A stretch of DNA of 54,606 nucleotides, counting the filler, from Sluysia triapertura (taxonomy: Eukaryota): the NCBI GenBank assembly GCA_046118255.1. It is 4 parts of 4 records of this genome, joined end to end, with 100 filler letters (N's around TTAATTAATTAA, not from the genome) between each part and the next. Parts side by side here need not be neighbours in the genome. Positions count along the whole stretch, not along the records: positions 43,642 to 54,606 come from JBJNIA010190796.1; 3 more parts are not named here. One strand, given 5' to 3'. The notes under the pieces are model-generated. The model ran no database searches, had not been told where the DNA came from, and saw nothing but the letters and a program-made list of their open reading frames with translations. This document shows, in pieces, positions 48,913 through 54,606 of this stretch (position 1 is its first letter; every line of letters starts with the position of its first letter). The position numbers and the translations under genes are program-made.

Positions 48913-50751
48913 GTATTTTTCAGAAACTAAGTCATATTGGAAGATTTGGACAATGTTCACAAAATTCATCATTAAATACTTTCTTAAATAATCTATTTGT
49001 TAAATCATCTACCTGGACTTCATACAATATCTCGTCAATCTATCCAAATATCGTATTACAACTTTAAGATCCCCAACATTATTTATTCATATGCTTCAAC
49101 CGAAAGTTTTACTAATAATTTTTTATGCGTTGTGTTTTGTCTAATTTCATAACAAAGTTAGAATCAAATATGAATCAAACAAAGCTGTGAGTTTAATGTT
49201 CGCTATATTGCTGAGTGAAGTTTTGACAGTCCTTTACATAAAACTCGAAAATCAAATAATTATGCTATATATTCCGTTGAATTGATTAAATACTTCAATC
49301 AGAATGATAAGTCATTACATTCCTTAATATTCTTGCATCTTAAGTAGGAATACGTCAAACATTCACTAATTTGCTTTCAACATCTAATATCATTTATCAG
49401 TTCGAACTTGTGTATAGCACTTCGACTGAGATATAAGTTATGCAAATTCACTTGTACAATAAATACATCAATAACTAATACATTTAGAACACTTTACTTA
49501 ACACTCTATAATGATAATTCATTCATTAAGATCTTAATGACAACATTGAAACAATTACATTTCCTCATCTAGGCTTGTTACATATTTCTTATGTAAAAAT
49601 CTTTATAAACGATATCTTACAAGATTCCTTTCAACTTTATTAATTTAACACATACAGGTGATATTTCGTCACAAGATTTTAAAAACATTAACACTACAAA
49701 ATTATAACATTTTAAAATTTATAATTATACAAATGTCAAGGACATCAAAGATCGAATTTATGTAATTAAGTAAATTTATTCAGTTCTTAAAATGTGCTAT
49801 TTAACTAATCTAAAAATAAATTATGTTGTCATTATAGTTTATTAATGTTAATTATTGTGTGTTATTTAATCTAAAAATAAACTATTATAGTTTAATAATG
49901 TTAAATAATCTAATTGTGTTTCTAAAAATAATTTTATTTATAAAAATATTATTATTATCGGTCATCTTTGTATTATTATTATGAATATTGTTATTATAAA
50001 TTAAACTAATTTTAATTCAAGTTAAATTTAAATTTTTAAAAATCTTTGTTTTTTTATTCTTCAAGGTCACTAGACCTTTACTATAAATACAACACAAATA
50101 ACACAAAAGAAACTAAAAATTTGAATACTGTTCTATAATGTAAAATTTTAACACTTATGATCATTACTTGGTAAAAATTTTTAATATCAAAAATTATGCT
50201 TCGTGAAACAAAATTTTGGAGATCATATTTCTTGCTTGTTCACTACTGGATTATGAATTTTCTATATCATTTTATTCGTTAGTTTAATTTATTAAGTGTC
50301 ATCTTTTTTATTACAAGATAGAAAATTTTTACTTAAAATCATAGTTAACATTTTTTGACAACCCTTTTTAAGAGGAGTTTAAATTAAAATCCTGTTTCGT
50401 TGATTATATACTAATCTATAATATACTATTGACTTTATATATTAGCCTATACTTTTTATATTTATATGTATTCATTTAATAATATATTTTGTAATTTCTA
50501 TTCATTTTTTGGCAAAAATTTGTAAAGTAAAGCCACCGATTTTACTCGGTTGTAAAATCTATTAAAATGTTAATTAAATTTATAAGGTCACCGTTTTTGG
50601 AACACGGTAGTAAAATAATACTCAACATATAATATTAAAATATTAAACTTAATTTCAAAAGAAAAATACTTGCATACCAAGAAGTTATTAAACGATTATC
50701 AAGAAAATACATTTTTAATATATCTCCGCATAAGTTCTTCTAAATTGCTGC

Positions 50752-51470
50752 TGTGGTGGCAACTCAATACTTTAAGAATTTTAATTCAACACGCCATAAC
50801 AAATCACTCTTCAAAATGTTTCATAATTGTTATTACCGTCAAACATTTTAAACATTAAATTTCATAACAAAATCATATTCGACATCGAAAATCATCAAAC
50901 ATACACTTAAAAATTAAATTAAAGCATTAATCAAAGCATTCCATAACATTTTACCTATCCTTCTATCAAAACCGTTTTCATGTTTTATTTTATCAGACCC
51001 ACTAGAACTATTCTCAGTTTCATACATTTTTAAGTTACAATTTTACAGCACAAAAATCACTTCTGCATTTAAAAACATTAACGCACATTAAATTCTATTT
51101 AAAACATTTAACCCATAATTCATAACATCAGAATTAGAATTATATCTAAAACCATCAATTCATATTTTAAAGTTTATTCACAACATTTTAATTCACAATC
51201 TTTCAACATCCAAACCATAATGACATTCAAAACCATCAATGCTCATTTAAAATTCAATTAAAGCATTCAAATCCACAATTTCAACATCCAAATCATACTT
51301 TCACTCAAAACATTAATTTACATTTTAAATTCCATTCAAAACATTTTAAATTCATACTTTTATTTCATTTTAGAATAGTAGTTAAAAGATTTATGTTTAG
51401 AAGAATCTTACAAAAAGACAGATGATGTAAAGCATTTAAAAGATTTATGTACTTTAAATTTTAATATTAT
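50752..51470 (+). repeat. G-poor interspersed repeat family, copy 2
   Basis: Begins TGTGGTGGCAAC. Shares long runs such as TTTAACCCATAATTCATAA and TCCAAACCATAATGACATTCAAAA with copy 1. It ends at the pogo insertion. Confidence 0.75.
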
Positions 51471-51475
51471 TCTTA

Positions 51476-53680
51476 GGGTAGTCGTACCCCTTAAGAACTG
51501 TATAAAACTTAGGATTTATCAAATAAATAGAGATTAAACGTGTTACTCAACACTTTGTTAATATTGGTATTATTTATTTTAACTAAATTAGAAAAATCTA
51601 TATGCTTTCACGTAATGAAACTAATTCTTTAAAAACTTACTTCGGTACAACTAAATCAACTTGTTTCTTAAGTCGTACCACCTATAGCCTAAGTCGTACC
51701 CAAGAATGAAATTAAACAATAATAATAATTTAAACGTATTTTTATTAATATATTTACAGATACATACACACTATTCAATTAGCACAATCATTGCATACAA
51801 ATCTTTTTGTTCTCTTGTTAACTCCAGCGCATATAATTTGCATTTCAAGCATTGAATCATGTTTTCTGCCCGATCTTCTCCACAAATAAAACAAAACCAA
51901 TCACTTTTCTTCTTTTTAAACTTTGATGTCAATTCATTTTTATTAATTATTGCGTTTCTTTTGTTTGCCGCATTTTTATCCTTTCTTTATTTACTGGTAA
52001 CGTAAGTTCGACTGACGAGGTGGAGCATTTGCCTTGGTTTATTTTTGGAATAGGAGCTAAAATATTTAATTGAAGTTTTATATGCTCTATATTCGTGCCC
52101 ATTTCTATCTCATGAATTTCTTTACTTTCTGGTATAATCACTGCAGAAAGCTCTTCTTGATTATTGATGTCCAATGGAGTAGTGAGTAAATGGAGCGCAA
52201 AACTCATCTTCAAATTTATGCCTGTTGCATGGCCAATTAACGGTAGATTTGAAACCATTCAAAGCAATATCCATACGAACTGATTTTGAATATGCATTCC
52301 AAATAGTTCTGACACAGTAATTTGTTTAATTATGTTTCCAGCATTTGTTCTTAACCAGGAAGATGAGGCTTCGTTATAATTTGCTTTTAAAAATTAAAAA
52401 AATATCTGTCCAACGGTTGGAGATGGTGGGTTGTATGAGCGTGAAAGGATAATATTATAATGCCACACTCGCACGCTAATTCTATAGCTTCAATATTTTT
52501 TGTATGGGTAGTGTGTCCATCCAAAAGGAGAAATACTTGCTTATTGTTACTCTTCTCCAACTTTGTGTACTTGATGAAATTTCCAACTATTGCACAATCC
52601 TTTCGGACTTTATCCATCCGCTTTTGGAGAATCCAAATACAGTACCCGGTGGTGCTTCTTTCTTTAAACAATCATTCATCCACATGCGTTTAAATATTAA
52701 CATAGGAAGTATGTATTCACCTACAGCATTCATACAACACACATGAATGCTGTGGCCAAACCTATTTCATCATTTGTAAGTGATCCAACTTGATGTTTGC
52801 CTTTCTGAGCAATTATTTTGGATTGTTTGTGAACAGTAGATAATCCTTTTTTATCAACGTTATATATCGGGTTAGCAGTGCAATTATATTCATTTAATAT
52901 AGATTCGTATTTATCAAAGAATCCATGAACACTTTCTTTATTGAAAGCCTTGGCTCTGGCCACTGATATTGCCTCTTAAGTACATAAAGACAAACAAGGA
53001 AAAGCAAGTCTTCTTAGATCAGTTGCAGTAATCCCAAAAAAGCTTGTTTCTAAACTAAGAATATGTATAACCATGTTTTCTCCATGTTTTCAGTCATACC
53101 CTTAGGCTTTCCAAATTTGACATTTTTATTTAAACCTTTAAAATGACGTCGCAAAGCTTGTTTAGTATATTATATTGTCTATGAACTTCATCGAATCCAA
53201 TAACTCCTTGGTTAACGCCTCGTCCACATCTTCTTGTTTCTATGCTATAACATAATTATGGGCTAAAATATGAAATATAAACAACGTCAGCTGAGAGTAG
53301 GTAAAAACAAGAAATAATCGTACCAGTACGATTAAGGAAACTTATATGGGTACGACTTAAGACACAACACACTAAAATTTCTAGCTAAACATCACTTAAT
53401 ATTGAATAAAATTAATAGGACTTCGTTTCGATCAAATGATTAAGTAAATTATACTGAACTTATGTTTAACATTAAAAATAATTTTATCAATAATTTACTT
53501 GCAAGATTAACTACCAAACATATCCAGAAAATTATAAGAAAATTGAAATAAACTTACAACGTGGCTTGCTTACGGTAAATAGTAATATGTCACACAACTT
53601 AGCTCACTCAGACGTATATTTAATTGCTGTTGTCACCGTAGTACGACTTAAGCAGTGGTACGACTTGAGCAACCTTACTC
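51476..53680 (-). mobile_element. pogo-family (Tc1/mariner superfamily, DDE_1) DNA transposon, defective
   Basis: Flanked by TA at 51474-51475 and 53681-53682. The right end (revcomp GAGTAAGGTTGCTCAAGTCGTACCACTGCTTAAG) matches the left end GGGTA-GTCGTACCCCTTAAG with a deletion. A subterminal motif TAAGTCGTACC recurs near 51481, 51669 and 51690, and inverted near 53348, 53641 and 53657. The element encloses transposase relics. Confidence 0.85.
51775..53260 (-). pseudogene. Frameshifted pogo transposase (HTH_psq - DDE_1 - C-terminal PHD finger)
   Basis: Fragments: KQEDVDEAL...RQYNI..QALRRHFKG (psq-type HTH); IYNVDKKG, FLLLDGHTTH and HHLQPLD (catalytic D, D, D with 36 residues between the last two); SKSGWI; C-terminal WFCFICGEDRAENMIQCLKC...FVCNDC. 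Multiple stops and frameshifts. Confidence 0.88.
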
Positions 53681-54550
53681 TATAGTGCCGAGTCCAAATA
53701 ATCGTATTATCAAAAACAACAATGGCGTTCTTAATATCACTATTACTAAATTTAACAACTTCTTAAATGTTAACAATTGTCATCATTGGAATAGATGGAG
53801 TTTCAAGCATCATCATTTTTTAAAAATATGTTGAACATCTCCTCAATAAACTCAAACCATACACATGAATAGCTTCAGATTTTATTGCAAATTCCATAGT
53901 TGTTTTTATAAAATAGAATTTAATTTCTCCGTAAACGTCAAAAACATAAAATTTCATCCCTAACATTAAAATAATTAGTCATAGAAATTAATGAAACTAA
54001 TCCTGAGATTAAAGTATTACAATGTTGGACATTTTTCATTACTGCTGTAGGTGTTTCTAATATTTCTCTATGATAAATATCATCATTTGAGTGATATTGT
54101 TTCTTGATTAAAGCTTGTTATTGTTGGTCGTAATGTGACATTGTGGTCATTAGGATGATGATCAGTGTATACAGAACATTTGAATAAATTTGAATTTAAA
54201 TTGAAAGTTTAAAAAATAGCATAAGCCTCATAAAAATAAAGTTGAAACATAATTTTTATGATACGACTTTAATTGTGAATAAAATTGTATTTGAACATTT
54301 TGTATTAAAAATTTACTTAAATTTTGAGGAAATACTAAAAAAATCAACTTTTTAAAATTGAAGTGTCCAATAAGAAGCAAATGTTTTGTTTCTATATAGT
54401 TATAAAATTTTTATCGACAGACTGTCATCTAATGACAGCAAATGAACCCTGATAATTAAAAACTATCGAAATTGACAGTTAGAAAAATTAATTGTAATGT
54501 CAATAATTATAATGGTGACAATAATAATGATAATGTTAGACTTCGTAAAA

Positions 54551-54606
54551 TGGACTGACCGGGGATCGAACCCGGGACCATCGCTGCGCAGTTCGAATGC
54601 TCTACC
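54551..54606 (-). tRNA. tRNA-like sequence (Ala/Cys-like), 5' end cut off by the window edge; anticodon arm mispaired, so possibly a pseudogene or SINE head
   Basis: Revcomp reads GGTAGAGCATTCGAACTGCGCAGCGATGGTC-CCGGG-TTCGATC-CCCGG-TCAGTCC-A-TTTT. It shows the D-loop/A-box 3' half, a perfect T-arm with B box GGTTCGATCC, the acceptor 3' strand, discriminator A and a T4 run. Confidence 0.7.

Noticed and set aside
52460-52746. Plus-strand ORFs inside the transposon
   Set aside because: Antisense shadows of the pogo transposase.

Overview
Very AT-rich animal (metazoan) genomic DNA with tiny GT-AG introns (33-38 nt in the best-supported gene). It may come from a compact-genome invertebrate parasite, but that is a guess from composition and intron size only. 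Three identical 100-nt artificial spacers (44 N + TTAATTAATTAA + 44 N) suggest the window is four joined contigs: 1-17252, 17353-32389, 32490-43541 and 43642-54606. Two genes are clearly recognisable: an intronless class A (rhodopsin-like) GPCR (40916-41893, -) and the first four coding exons of an intersectin/Dap160-like EH-domain gene (31148-31678, -). The rest is a dead pogo-family DNA transposon with a PHD finger, piggyBac-type and other MITEs, L2/CR1 LINE fragments, decayed CMC-like transposase and integrase relics, a 24-bp minisatellite, (AAT)n tracts, a tRNA-like sequence at the right edge, and several decaying orphan ORFs. The most interesting pattern is a recurring oriented cassette found on three different contigs: TGTGGTG(G/A)CCA(G/A)C, then an optional almost G-free tract, a TGACA-type hairpin, a CCAAT-type hairpin, and then a different orphan ORF each time.
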